Positions 1 to 49,210 of a stretch of 64,000 bases of DNA are shown here, piece after piece; position 1 is the stretch's first letter, and every line of letters starts with the position of its first letter. The notes under the pieces were generated by a model, which searched no databases, was not told the DNA's origin, and worked only from the letters and a program-made list of their open reading frames with translations. Origin of the DNA: Lytechinus pictus (lineage: Eukaryota); NCBI RefSeq assembly GCF_037042905.1, contig NC_087247.1, forward strand, positions 21,266,001 to 21,330,000. The letters run 5' to 3'. The position numbers and the translations under genes were made by a program.

Positions 1-7571
<7,571 letters not shown>

Positions 7572-10176
7572 TGTTCCAAACAGTCCTCGGCCTGTATTGT
7601 TCTGCTTTGTAAAAGGTCCATATAACATGTGAAATTTATCGTTCTTGTCTCACAGGGTTCTTACGTAGTCGTTGGATCTTGTGTTTGATTTATCATTTTA
7701 CCCATCATTCAACTTTAACCTTGCCTTTTTTGCTCTTCCATAGAACCATGGGTAAGCAATTGGCTGTTTGCAAACACTCCTGAATTTTATTTACAAAGGA
7801 AGAGTGCGCATGACTATGACTTTTCAATATGGTAAGATTTGTATTTGATCGATAATTCTTTATTTGCCTCATATGGCATTTGGTAAGACTCAAACAAGTC
7901 ATATGCTGATCAACTTTCAAACTAAGATGGGACCGTGTGCAAACAATTCCATTTCCCTACTTATTTCACGCTATGACGTCATTAGCATTAAACAATTTCT
8001 ATCAAACGGTGTTTTACATTGAAAAATAATATACGATTCGTCTCCGAGTTGATATACCGGATACTTTTTAGACAGATGTAGATGAGGGTGGGTGTGTGAT
8101 AGGGTAGGAGTGGGTGTATGTGTGAGAGAGAGAGGGGGGAGGAGGCATGGGGAAACAAAGGGAATCGAGTGACAGATTCCGAATAGGGATAATGGACAGG
8201 AGACGGATAAAGAAAGAGAGAAAGCGATATATAGAGAAAAAATAGAACCGTGTGAGAAAATGTGTGGGGATGTGTAATAATGACCTACTTCTGGAATCAT
8301 TTTCTTAACATTTTATCTTTCAGCGGGGTAATCACTCAACCAGGGACGTCCCAGTCTCGAAAAACCATGCTATCGTTTTCAAATCTAATTTCAAACTGTT
8401 TAATATAGTAAACACATGATTTATTTGTGTGTAGGGGTAGGAAGCGTCTCCGGTTAGCGAACTATGTTCACGTTACGTCCGAAAATGAGCTCGGTTTGTG
8501 CATTTGATTCCAAGTAATGTATGAGACCCCAAACACACGTCCTCACTTTGCCAATTAACGCAAAGTTGGTCCCCGTTTGTCAAATAACAAGACGGGGTGT
8601 ACGAGCACGTATGTGTGTCCTACAAACACCACACAAATTCTCTCTCTACACTGTTTCTCTTTTTATCTCCATCATGTTCTTTTAGTCAGACCAACATCTC
8701 CCTTTTCTTTCTCTCTTCAGTGCCGCCCCCCCCCCCTTTCCCCGCTCTGTTGCCTTATTATCACCGTGTTAACTCCCATCACTATTCTTCTTTCTTTATA
8801 TTTACATTTTTTGTTAATATTTGCCTCCTCTCCTAACTATACACATACCATTTGATCGAAGAAAAATGCAATAGTACACATCTTATTGAGGCCAGTTTAC
8901 ATTTTAGTCTGATTTACAGAGCATCTATCCACTAGCTGGAAAATTTCTAATTTTCTTACCACAATGGCATTATATCCATCCAAGTTTTGTATTGTTGTAA
9001 TAAAAGTGATTCATCAATGGCCTTCTTTTAATTATCTTCCTCTCATTTTTTTTTGTGATTAGATCGCAAAGCATATTCATCATTCCATCAAAATGTAATT
9101 ACAAACCAAAAAAGAATACAAATTGCAAAACATGTATGAAGGCACCTAATGACATAATAAATGAGATTACAAGGGGTAAATCAGACGGAGAGAAAAAAAG
9201 ACTGGAGTCAAATAAAAGAGGGAAAGATACAGAAAGCAAAAAAAAGGCAATGGTTGGGTAATTCAAAGTAGGGTATATAAAAATACAATACGAGGGCATA
9301 TAAATATTACAAGTTAAATTTTTAGTCTTCAGATAATCAAAACTATGAAATAAACGATTAAAAACATCGATAACAAAGAAAGTGTTCCGAGAAAATATCA
9401 AACACCAAACCCTTTATATTCCGCTGAATACCATTTGAATTAATTATCATTGCTTGCGTGAATTTCCTTATGCCCTTCTTTATCGGAATGAATGAAATTT
9501 AAGATAGAGCAGTCAAATCAAACGCAATTACAGATTTACATCTTATCTAAAGTAAATGATGAAGGACTCTGAAAATATGTATATATATATTTATATGTAT
9601 AAACGCATTTACAGAAAGAAAAGATGGGGGTATTTCATCTAAATCGAAAAATAAAAATTAAACTGGACAATATACGTTTTTTATCAATATTCTGCATCAA
9701 TCAACAACTCACCATTTGATTCTTAACAAAGACCATCCAAATACATGCATAAGCAATAAGCACGTACATTACTATGATGACTTGCAATTTTACGATTATA
9801 ATATATGTTATGACAATTATTTTTATTACCACCAACAATTGTATTGTTTTAGACAAATGTTAAATAATGTATTGTGTATACAATCCATTGATACCACATT
9901 TCACGAAGTGAAGAAACCTCCGAATAGAGTACTACTGTTGTTGGAGTTCGTTCCAATTTTCGACCTTTAATTCAGAGCATTATGTTATTTACTGTTATTC
10001 TAGCCATATATCTATTTACCTGTGGGCTAAATACGAAACTCGGAACTTGAATCACTAGTAGTACCATGATCAGGAACAATAATATAATAAACTCATCAGA
10101 CTAGTTTGGTAATATGTATTGAGATAAGATATCGTCCCATCTGAATGTCTATACTTGCTTCTGTCGATGGTCGACT

Positions 10177-20418
<10,242 letters not shown>

Positions 20419-20685
20419 GTTCAAAGTTGGTTTCTCAAAATATAATGTATACATGCCCAACACGCAAGTTCAATGAATTTAATCATTTGCAATTACGAAG
20501 CTACTGAAGTGTGTCCCTCACGATCATTTCGTCACCACAGAATGCTCTAGTCACACAAGTGGAACCGCCTCCATGGGCCTTGTGCATAAAAGAAAGACTG
20601 GCAATTTGGCAGAGTTTTTCCATGTGTAATTGTCACTGGCATATTTTTTTTTTTTTTTTAATGAAAAAAATTCTTGCAACAACTT

Positions 20686-20731
20686 TAGAAACGACTCCAT
20701 GTTAAACGACTAGAAACGACTCCATGTTAAA
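20686..20731. repeat. 21-bp perfect direct repeat (25-bp period) upstream of paralogue B
   Basis: TAGAAACGACTCCATGTTAAA-CGAC-TAGAAACGACTCCATGTTAAA. Confidence 0.9.
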
Positions 20732-22596
20732 GCTGTTACGTTATTTTGAATGACATATACCATCAGTCGGTTCGGAGTTTTGTTGGTGTCACTTTCGCCA
20801 AAGGATGTCGAATACATCGTACATCGAGAGTAAATATCTAAATCGTTCTTATAGTTTGTTCACTGGCGTAAATATATGTGTAATAAAAACAAAACGCTTG
20901 AGGGCTCGAAATTAGACGGATATAATTCTGAATATTTCAGAAATTGCAGAGCAGCTAAGAAATACTGGTGTGAAAACTAGGTTACAAACTTCTTTTATTC
21001 CATCTTAATTTGGTTTGAGCATGTCGCCTAATCATATCAAAATCTTTTAAAGAATTGAAATATTGAGAAGGATAAAATGGTACTTTCCGTTTGTTTTTTT
21101 TACCAATAATAAGTCATTTCAATTTATATTTCTTAATGATATTCAACCATAACATGAAACATGTAATATTGCAGCAACTTTACACTGGGAAAACAAGAGT
21201 ATTATGCAATTCAAACATAAAATTAGTGACAATAAAAACAAAGCAAAACTTTCAAATATTTTCATTCAGATGGCGAAGATGTTTGTTCTTTGTGGGACAA
21301 AATCTTTAACATATGATGTTTAAGCGCGTATGTTTCCCGAAATATCATTGTTCTGGATGCGTATGCAGACATCATTAATCATGTTAACTATTTAGTAATC
21401 AATAAACAAACAATCAGTTCGAGGTTTATTTTTCCAGTGTTTGTACAAAAAGCAATGATATTATCTGGTTATACATAATGGTCAATGTTCAATAATGATT
21501 CATTTCTTAAACAATTCAGCGACATTATCTCAGCATGGCATATTTTAACAACTGCTATTCTATAATTAAGTGTATTTGGTAATTACGTCATTTACTCTTA
21601 TAATTTTGTTTGAAATTTTCTTCCAATGAATTACTTTTACTGTTGATGAATATATAAAAGTATATATCTATTTTGCTTCAAAAAAATAATTCGTTAGCCG
21701 AACCTATGACAAGGTACTTTATTTCGCCCTAATGGTCTGGCCGTGCAGTGTAAACGAAATGCGTCAGCGGGACAGCAAACATTGTTTACAGGACATCTAC
21801 ATGACAAACAATGACAATGCATTTCTGACCACTGCAGAATTTATATATTGTAATCAGCGCTTTTTATGAGTGTCAACTCCATTTTTAACATAGAAAGCCT
21901 TTGAAAAATAAACAATTTGAAAAGAATAGTCTTTCGGCGTATGTTGTAGATTCACAAAAAATATTTTGATTATCTTACTATGTACTTGTGCCCCATCTCC
22001 CATCCCCCTCACCCCCCTTTTCTCTCTCTCTCTCTCTCTTCCCCCACTTTCTGTCGTTTATGTTTAATATGTGTCACATTGACCATGCCTATATGAATAT
22101 GGGCTCTTTATACGTTTTCAGACAGATCAGCTTTTGGTGTAAAAAAGGGTCGTTTATTATATTCAGCTATGGGGTGGAGAAGGTAACGAATTGAAAATAC
22201 AGATATGTTCTCACTGTCTATATATTCACATGATATGTTTGAGCTCTAATCCTGTTAAGTTGAGTAACAACTGATTTGATAAAAGCAATATACGGATGAA
22301 TTAATAAATATAGTACGTTGACTCTGTAATGATTTGTATAAAGGAATGGAGGAGTCGCATAATGATACAAAGAGTCAACAAAAACCGGTTTGCTTTAATC
22401 TTCATAATTTATTGTACCTTTTGTTACACTATAAAACCTTGACGGACTTAAAGACTAACCTTTCGATATAATGAAAATTCGGTGACACGACATAAGCTCC
22501 TGCGACAATTGATCCAGGCTTAATTTCGTCTATGGTGGAGAGTGAGGGTTAGGATTGCAATAGGTTTAGAGTTATATATATTCATCCATTTCATTA

Positions 22597-23940
22597 CAGG
22601 GTTGGCTAATTTTTGTATGGCATTTTTTTTTTGCGTCCTCTGATGTAGGGAGCTCCTACTGACTGGTTCAATCCAAGTTGATGAACTGCCTTGGTAAGCT
22701 ATTGCTGCATAATTGGTGTTCCTATCCAAAGCTCTTAACATGAAATGAGGATCAATTCCTTTGGAATAATTTTATGGCCCTGAGACTCCCATTCTCCAAA
22801 GAAAAACATTTTTTTAATTTTTAAGCCAAGGGCTAAAGATCATGTTAAAGAAAACTGCATTTATTTTTTGTTTGTTTAAACCTCGAACATAAATTTGGAA
22901 CTCTGACTGTTTCAAAGCATTGACTTGCAAAGCTCTGACCGATTAGGAAAAAAGTTTCAAGTTGATTTGAATGATTTTTTTCACAATAAACCTGGATAGT
23001 ATTATTTCACAGTTCTTAGCAGTTTTGCTAAAATGAGAAAATGGGTTCTACAGCTACAACATTACTAGAGTGTATGTTTTTTAAATACATGTAAAATAAT
23101 ATAATTTTAAACTATGGGTTACCAGGGACAATGCAGATTTTATGTATTATAGCACTCAATTCAACATATTCACTGAGAAGTTTACACAAATAAATGCTCA
23201 CTTTTGGCATACGACACAAAATGTATGGTTGTAGCCATGATTTAGTGTCATTTACCTATAGCATGCATACATTATTTTATATATATATACATGGAATACG
23301 GAACCTTTCTCAGTGTACCCGCTGAATGAAGCACAATCGTATACAGAAAGTCTGAACAGGCCTTGGTTCAAACCCATCCTGGCAAAATTCTCTGATGGAA
23401 TTCAGCCTTAAAAGTTTAAGGTTTCTTTTTTTAATTCCTCTTTTTAAATTTTTACATATTTTTTGTTCTGAAGTGCTATTGCTAAGGATAGATATGGATA
23501 GCAAAATGTAGTAGATCATGTGAATGATCAGAATAGAAGAACTGCCAATAACCCTTGACTTACTCTTATATTTTCTTTTAAAATGTCCTCTAAAAACACT
23601 TTTGGATTTTGACATAAAGAAACAAGAACTTTGTTTCTTATCATTATCAAAGAAAAAAATTACAGGGAAAATTTGGTTAGCCCACATATAAAAGTGGAGT
23701 AGGGGTCTACATGTTAGTGTTATATAAACTACATGTACATCTTTGGTTTTGCAAAATTATCTTAATTGTATTGACCTGATTTCAATAGCTCTGAGTAGAT
23801 ATGAATCTTCTTCATTTGAGTAAAAAAAACACAACAACGAAAAAATAATCATTCATTTGTACACGTTCAATGGAAGTGAATAAATGATTTTTTTTAATCA
23901 TAGTGATTTAAATCAACGTGATCTGAATCAGCCAACCCTG
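22597..23940. mobile_element. Defective 1.34-kb DNA transposon, hAT-like (or P-like)
   Basis: 11-bp TIR CAGGGTTGGCT / AGCCAACCCTG; flanking 8-mers TTTCATTA / TTCCATTA (TSD with one mismatch); no intact transposase ORF recognised. Confidence 0.78.
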
Positions 23941-24218
23941 TTCCATTATACTAATGGAAATAAGTTAATCTTTTGTAAGAGAGAATTACACTGTACTGTC
24001 TATTAAATTTTACCTTTCAACGCGTGGGTCCATTGTGTTTTTAAAAGTATATAAAAAAACACTTTTTGGTCGAAATGTCCTGTATTTTACATTATTTTGC
24101 ATAAAAAATAAATTAGAATACATTATCATTTGTAGTAAATGAATCTAATAACACAACTATTCTACAAATGTCAATTCCTATCCTTTTACAAGTTGTTCCA
24201 ATGGAATATGATTGTCGT

Positions 24219-30652
<6,434 letters not shown>

Positions 30653-31429
30653 CTTCCTTAAATTAAAATTATTTTGTTGGATAGTTACGCTACTGTGCTC
30701 GTGTCACCTTAAAATAATAAGTGTTTTTATAACTCAGAAGAGTAATAGAAGAGGTAGATTCCTACAGTACTGGGTGTACGAACTGATGACGAGACATGCA
30801 AGATTAATATTTGGAATAAGTTATAAGATAAACCAGTTTCAAAAGGGTGGAGGAATGTGCGTCCATTATTTGATTAAGGTGGTTTTGTTTGCCAGTTACG
30901 TAAGTCAGATCATACACTGATTGTTCGATCACGATGTGGTAATGAGTTGTTGTTATCTTGTTTATTTTCTGTCTTTCTTTTATTTCTTGTCTCACCTAGT
31001 CTTTCCCCCTCTTTCTCTCTCTCCCTCTCTCTCTCTCTCTTTCTTCCTCTCATATTTCTCTCTTTTTTCTTCCAATCCCTTGCTGCTTCGTAAGTTTCCA
31101 TCCCCAAAAACTCCTACAGTGGATTTTTCAAATGTTTCAAGAATCTTTTTAAGACTAGAAACTCCAACGAGGTCTAGCACACAGTAAACATTTGTGTCAT
31201 ATAGCCTTTAGCCAATACCGTGTGTCTGGTGTAATGCTTATATTGGGCGACTGATTGGAGTCTAAACATTGACCATTCAAAAGAAAAAAAAGTATGACAA
31301 AAAATGAAAGAAAATAATTTAACAAAAGAAGAAAATAGGGGAAATAAAAAAGAAAAAGGACCCTCAAAAAATATTTATTAAAAAAAACTCACGCGGAAAA
31401 TGAAGTTATTGGTCAAGCAAGAAAAGGGG

Positions 31430-32003
31430 AAGATGGCGACCTGACCTTTGACCTTTTGACCTAAAAAATCAGTAGAATTTCTGGGATCCATGCTAGTATT
31501 TTACAGAACAAATTATATGAGCCTAGGTAAAGTAAAACTAAATTTATTTCGTTTACAAGGACTTCAGAAGGGTAAGATGAAAATATGTGACTATGACCTT
31601 GAACTTTGACTTTTTTACCTCAAAATCGAGAGGCTTCCTGGGATCCATGCTAGTATTATTCACACCAAATAATTTGAGCCTAGGTTAAGTTAATCTGAAG
31701 TTATCGCGTTTGCAAGGACTTCAGAAGGGTAAGATGTAAGCATGTGACATTGACCTTTGGCCTTTTTACTTCAAAATCATTAGGCTTCCTGTGATCTATG
31801 ATAGTATCATACACACCCGATTATATGAGCCTATGTAAAGTTAAACTAAAGTTATCGTGTTTACAAGGAAAAGTTAACGGACGGACAGTCAGACGGACAC
31901 CGAGCGTGATACCATAATACGTCCCGTAGGACGGGCGGGCGGACGGACAGACAGACGGACACCGAGCGTTATACCATAATACATGTAGGACGTGTGTATA
32001 AAA
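31430..32003. mobile_element. HINE / pearl-like element with 3 x about 155-bp repeats, GAC(A/G) microsatellite and duplicated terminal module
   Basis: CTGGGATCCATGCTAGTAT-like motif at 31481, 31638, 31789; TGACCTTTGACC motifs as in 14623-15468; GACGGACAGACAGACGGAC; ATACCATAATAC module twice (31910, 31971). Confidence 0.72.
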
Positions 32004-32084
32004 GGCTGTAACAAAAACAAATATGTTGGTTGACATTAAAAAGTCTAGCATAGAAGAAGATATGTCCCTTACCCGGTGACAGCC

Positions 32085-32684
32085 CGCGAGACCGACTTTT
32101 TGTCCCTTTCATTGGGTGCCGCGGTCGAGTGGTTTAAGGCGCCTCGTTGCAGCGGCGTAACAGGTGCCTGTTATCAGGGACAGGGGGGAGGGGGCAGAGC
32201 CAAATATTTCCCAGTAATTCCGTCTAGAATTAGTGGCATAACTAGGATTTCAGTTTAGAGGGCTGTAGTGAGCACGGGAAGCGCGTTCCGGGGGGGGGGG
32301 GGAGGTCCGACGTTCCTTTGAATTATTGTTCCTTATCTGCTCTCGCTCATCTTAATACGTCCTCTGCCTGTTAACGGAGAGTGGGGGTGGGGACAGTGCA
32401 AAACATTTCCCGGTAAGTAAGTCCAGAATCAGTGGCTTTGCTAGGATTAGGCATTAGGCAACGTAAGTTAACTACTGTAAGTAGTGGAAACACCCCCTCC
32501 CTGTATACCTGTATACCCCCCCCCCCCCACCGCCCCCTAAAATGAAATCCTAGCGACGCCACTTATTCTAAATTTAGTTATTTGGCTCTGCCCCCTCCCC
32601 CCTCTGATAACAGGCATACGCCGCTGCAACGAGGCGCCTTAAACCACTCGGCACCTGATGAAGAAAAACAAAGTCGGTTTCGCG
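32085..32684. repeat. GC-rich long inverted repeat (32085-32206 vs 32579-32684), probably a foldback element
   Basis: 34-bp perfect core CGAGTGGTTTAAGGCGCCTCGTTGCAGCGGCGTA and its reverse complement, with matching flanks and small indels. Confidence 0.85.
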
Positions 32685-34111
32685 GACCTTCGACCTCGCG
32701 GGCCTTCGGTCAAGTGGTCGGACCCCCCCCCCCCTTAACAAGATTGTATTTGATGTGCATTTATTTATTTTTACTACCCGAACTGAGTAGCATACATAAC
32801 CAACAAGTTTTGATATATTTTTCACTACGTCAATGAAACCGGGAAACGCAGGTACGTCGTCTATTATCGACCATTGAATAACCATCCGTCCTCAAAAAAC
32901 GGGTGCCTGCGCGGCAGAGAATAAAAGAAGCAACTTCCTTGGCAGGCCCTTGTCAAAAGGCTTCTCGTCTTAAGTATGGCTTAAATATTTACATTTGAAT
33001 GGTACGCGACATGAAACAAAAATCAGTTGTTAGGTAGTAAGTATTTACATGCATCTTCGTGTTATCCTTTTATTCATACACCTTCACTGGTTTACCAACT
33101 CCACCAATGAAATCTAAGAATACCAAATACCCAAATATCTCAAAACTGACCATGAAAGACCAATCCTCAGAGGTGTCAACTATATAACTACAAGGAACAA
33201 AAGTTCTAAGAACTACAGTGATTTTTTTACCACCAACCACAGTCACTCGCAAACCCCTTACCATGTATACCAGAGAGATTGATAAACAGTTAAATCTAGA
33301 CCAATCAGAGCTTGTTTAGATCGCTTATACCTAAATTATTACATCCCCAAACTATTGATATGAGACTTCTTGATCACGAGGATTAGTATTAGACCCAGAA
33401 ACATCCATAAATAGAGATAGACCGACTGACTACAAGACTTGACATCGACATCCATTGAGTTTACTTCAAAAATGCATGTACTCAATACTACACAATTATT
33501 GAATTTGAATAAAGGTTTCATTATTAAGTTCCAAATGGAGCTTTCTTAAGAGTTTCATTAGTTATGCTTCTTAACAAAATACTTGGAAATTCCATATGTA
33601 CACGCCATTCCATTAGCTAGTCTTAATACATATACCCTTTGATAATAAAAATCAGAAATACATTCGATTTTTTTTGTTTAAAGATAATGATGTTAATGAT
33701 ACTTTTATAGATTTTTAGGAACGCTTGTAAGCATACTGTGGTAAATATTTCTTGGGAAACAGTGTGAAATGATACACACATCATGTTCTTTTTTATTTGT
33801 TTTTGTTACTTGTATTAATTTTTGTCCATTACGCTTTGTATTTGTGTTAATAAATTATTTTCCATGTTTTTAAACTCATTTCATATATGTTTTTTTTCCT
33901 GTATGTACTCTGTCATTATTTATTTTCAATCACTGTTTTTATTTATGTATATGATTATATGAATGTACATTTGACAGGGCTTCCTTGTAAAGCAGGCCAG
34001 TTCTGGTCTTGAGCTGGTTCTGTTCAAAGTGAATAAAGCATGTTGGTATTATTTCAAATGATAAAGCACTCTTCTTGTCATATTTCAGCGGCAATGACTC
34101 GAAAGTAAACG

Positions 34112-34230
34112 ATAATAATAATAATAGCCAATCCCGCACGAAAAGTGCACAATTTCCACTCCCTGGGGAGCATTCCTTGCATTCATCGCAGCCTCATTAT
34201 GGCGCTGGCAAAATCAAACATACAATAAAA
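34112..34230 (-). mobile_element. 3' fragment of a SINE related to 48817-49210
   Basis: Minus strand reads GGAATGCTCCCCAGGGAGTGGA...(TAT)n; compare GGAATACTCCCCAGGGAGTGGA at about 48998. Confidence 0.6.
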
Positions 34231-34526
34231 CAATTAGGAACAAAGATCTTTTTGATGTCGGGAATATCCCCGATTTATTTTAGCCATAATAGTTATCATT
34301 ATTTTGACACCAACTCTAATCGTTTTGCGGGTGTTTTTAGTAAGTTGTTTTTTCCAAAATGCAGCTGTAATCCTTAGTTCTGATCAACTTCCATCTAGAA
34401 TCTTGATCGCTGTCACCTAATCTCCAGCAATTTTCATAATAATTTATTCATTCAGAGTCCACTCCTTACCATATTTCCGCTATGCTATTAACTTTAAACA
34501 GGACTAAGTTCCTAACAAGTGCATAT

Positions 34527-35343
34527 GAAGAGCTCACTTGCAAAAGGGGTTAGGTCCATTTTTCATCAAATTTGACTTTTATGTCTCAATGTATAGATTT
34601 TTAGTAGCTCTATAAGATGATACCAAAGAAAAGTTGAAATTCCTATTAAAAAGTGAACTAAAATGACAAATAAAAATCACTTTTTTTTTTCAAAAGGGGC
34701 TAGGTCCATTTCAGTTTAGTTGCAAAAGGGGTTAGGTCCACACAATTTTTTTTGGAAAAGAATATCTTAAATAATATGAAGACAGGTAGATTTCTTTTTT
34801 ACCCAATTTTATGTTCTCATGGTAGGGTATTATGAAAATTCAGTTTCGCATAAGAATATTGCAATATGGGAGAATTAAAAAAATGATTTTCTTGGAGTGG
34901 ACCTAACCCCTTTTGCAACTAAACTCTTCTAAAGAACTCATTTGTCAAAAGGGATTAGGTCCATTTTTCATAAATTTTATTGTTTTCTGTCTCTAAACCT
35001 TTAAATTCTTATTCACTCTGACGATACCAAAGAAAATTTGAAATTCAAATGAAAACGTGAATGAAATTGGCAAAGAAAAATCACTATTTTAATCAAAAGA
35101 GATTAATTTCAGTTTGCTTGCAAAAGGGGTTAGGTCCACAATGATATTTTTTTCAAAAATGTGTAGAAAAAAATTGAAGACAGGTAGATTTCTTCTATAC
35201 CCAATTTTATGTTCACATGATAGGGTAGTACATCATGACAATTTAGTTTCTCATAAGAATATTTCAATAAGTGAGAATAAAAAACATGGTTTTTCTCGAA
35301 ATGGTCAAAAGTGGACCTAACCCCTTTTGTAACTAAACTCTTC
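34527..35343. mobile_element. Head-to-tail dimer of an approximately 405-bp TIR element, flanked by ATAT
   Basis: Units 34527-34929 and about 34932-35343; ends GAAGAG...CTCTTC; motif AAAAGGGGTTAGGTCCA five times forward and twice reverse; ATAT on both outer sides. Confidence 0.82.
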
Positions 35344-35449
35344 ATATGTAGGATGAAATATGATGAACTGATACAGGGGAAGTTTGTTTGTTTTTTAAGC
35401 CGTAGGATAAAGGGTAGACATTACACTATGCTTCCTACCGATGTTCAAT

Positions 35450-46507
<11,058 letters not shown>

Positions 46508-47510
46508 CTTCTTTAGAACGAAATATGTCCACGGTGTAGTGATTACCGTCTGATCTTATGACTGATCCGTTTTTTTACAAACTTACCTGACTCTTTTGTT
46601 TTTTAATTTTCTGTTTACTTTAGACTGATTGCAATAGTTAACCATTAAAAAACAAATCGCTTGGATTTCATTCTCACGCCAATATGCAATACATTGTATC
46701 ATGCTACACAAGTGCTTCTTAATTCAAAGAACACGGTAGACAAGTAAATATTTGATAATTGTACTGTACTTTGTAATGGACTATACTTTGACTTGCTTTC
46801 CCACACGTACCTATTTTGATTACTTTCATTATTATAAATATATACTGTATGCTAACTGCATATTTGGAAGGGATTGTACCCACGATGGTATATAACTCCT
46901 CCACTGGATTCAAACACAAAATGACTGTGTAATCCTTAATTAGCTAAACCTATTTATCATTTCAATTTGGCTGTGTCATTATTTGATTTATAAGCTCTCG
47001 ACTATTTACAAATTTAGTGACCGATTGGTCTTATTGGCACTTCATCTACCTTTGGTTTGGTCTATAGCTAATCGTAAAATCAACGTTTGTTATTCATCAC
47101 CATGAAAAGCTTATTGCCCCCTCCCCCTTCCCCACTGGCTATTATTCACTCGCACTGACTGTCCCTTTATCGTTCATTCTACAAAACGCTTTCGGCCTAA
47201 TGTGAGATCATTACATACAAGAAATCGGGATATTTCATGATTTACAATATGTGTCGTTACTATAACAACGCAGTATCACATTAAATTAATTATTTTGCCC
47301 GTATTTACTCCATGACACCATCACTTGAACTCCATGACTGTTTTTAAATTACGTCAGCAATATCTACAGACCACTTTATTTTAACTGCACATCTTCATGT
47401 TCTTGTTGACAGTAAATACCGTCATCATGCTGCACTGGCATATTTGAAAGTTATTATACCAAATGCATAGTTACGGTACAGTTATCCTTTTTGTGTGTAA
47501 TCAATTTTAA

Positions 47511-48117
47511 AGGACAAGTCCACCCCAACAAAAAATTGATTTGAATAAAAGAGAAAGATCCAACGAGCATAATACTGAAAATTTCATCAAAATCGGATGT
47601 AAAATAAGAAAGTTATGACATTTTTAAGTATCGCTTAATTTAACATAATAGTTGTATGCACATCCTGGTCGGTATGCAAATGAGGGAACTGATGACATCA
47701 CTCACTCACTTTTTCTTTTGTATCTTATTATTTGAAATATGAAATATTCTAACTTTCTCCTCATTGTCCTGTGAAACAAAGTTTTATTTCTCACTGAACA
47801 TGTGGAATTACCATTGTTTAACATTATATGGTTCAGTCAAGTTTATCCTTATTGTCAAATCTGTAAAAATTGAAATATTGTATAATTCAAACAATAAAAA
47901 ACAAAAGAAATAGTGAGTGAGGGACATCATCGATTCTCTCATAAGCATGTGACTAAATTGTGCATATAACTAATTTGTGAAAAATAAGCGAAATTTCAAT
48001 ATGTCATAACTTTCTTTAATATTTTACATCCGATTTTGATGAAATTTTCAGCATTATGCTTGTCTGATTTTTATCTGTCGATTCAAAACAACTTTTTTTC
48101 TGAGATGGACTTGACCT
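47511..48117 (+). mobile_element. Kolobok/T2-like MITE with TTAA TSD
   Basis: TTAA-AGGACAAGTCCA ... TGGACTTGACCT-TTAA; long imperfect TIRs including TTTCATCAAAATCGGATGTAAAATA. Confidence 0.9.
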
Positions 48118-48816
48118 TTAAAAATGTAAATCATACATAAAATGTATTATTTACATGATGTACCGTAATAAGTCGAGGGACATCGAGTGAAAAGTGTAGG
48201 TGCCTCTTTTCCCATATAACATGTATAATCTCTCTCTATACATTCCCCTTCCAATTCTGCCCCCCTCTCTTCCCCTCCCTCTCTCCCCCCCCCCCCTCTC
48301 TCTCTCTCTTTCTCTCTCTCCCTCTCTATCTATTTCAGAATAAAACATTATTACAAACAAATGGAAGACGTGTGTCATATTGGCCTATTCTATTTCGTAG
48401 ATACGACAAAAAAAGTTTCATCGACATTCAAAGAAAGTTGAGATTCAATATAAACACATTCATAAGTGTATGAACTTTTAGGGTTATCCAAACCAAAGAG
48501 CTTACAAATTTAGTGAGAACATAAACTAAAAAAAGAAACCTAATTTATTGTTTGCTAACAAACGCAATATTAATTGAGAAGCTCTGATAATAAGTATCAG
48601 TAAAAAAATACTGTCATAATGAAGGTCAATATGTTATCTCAGTTAAATGCAAATAAAAGTTAGTAATGATTAATACATTGTGCAATACATCTTTCATAAA
48701 GAAATACATTGTTTATAAGGATATTTGAATCTTAAGAATATTCTTTGATTTGTCAAGAATATCAAAGATTGACACGAAATCATGAGCATAATACATAACA
48801 CAGGCAATGTATGAAA

Positions 48817-49210
48817 GCGTCGTGGTGTAGCACTTCTGACTCTCGCCTTGTAATCAGAGGGTCGTGTGTTCGAATCCCACCGTGGCCTAGCGTTCTTTGG
48901 CAAGGCGTCAATCCACAATTTGCCACTCTCCACCCTGGTGTTAAATGGGTACCAGAAAGCCTAGTATGCCGAGCAATCGAGTCTTGAAACTCTTGTTGGA
49001 ATACTCCCCAGGGAGTGGAGAAGGTGCATACATTGAATGCGGGCATGTCAGGTTCCGATGACCGGGGTAATGATATATTTGTAAAGCGCATAGAGACGTC
49101 TGTTAAGGTCTTAAAAGCGACTCGGGCTTACAGACGTCGTTCCGATGTATCAAGCGCTATATAAAAGCGGATTATTGTTATTTGTTATTATTATTATCAT
49201 TATTATTATT
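48817..49210 (+). mobile_element. tRNA-derived SINE with LINE (L2-like) 3' end and (TTA)n tail
   Basis: A-box-like GTGGTGTAG, B-box GTTCGAATCCC, core CCACCCTGGTGTTAAATGGGTACC, 3' GTAAAGCGC...AAGCGCTATATAAA then (TTA)n. Confidence 0.85.

Noticed and set aside
7572-7628. N-terminal extension of A from the ORF track (MLYGPFTKQ...)
   Set aside because: The ATG at 7571 directly precedes a typical signal peptide and matches the start position in the paralogues.
48817-48890. tRNA gene
   Set aside because: Poor cloverleaf, and it continues directly into a SINE body and (TTA)n tail.
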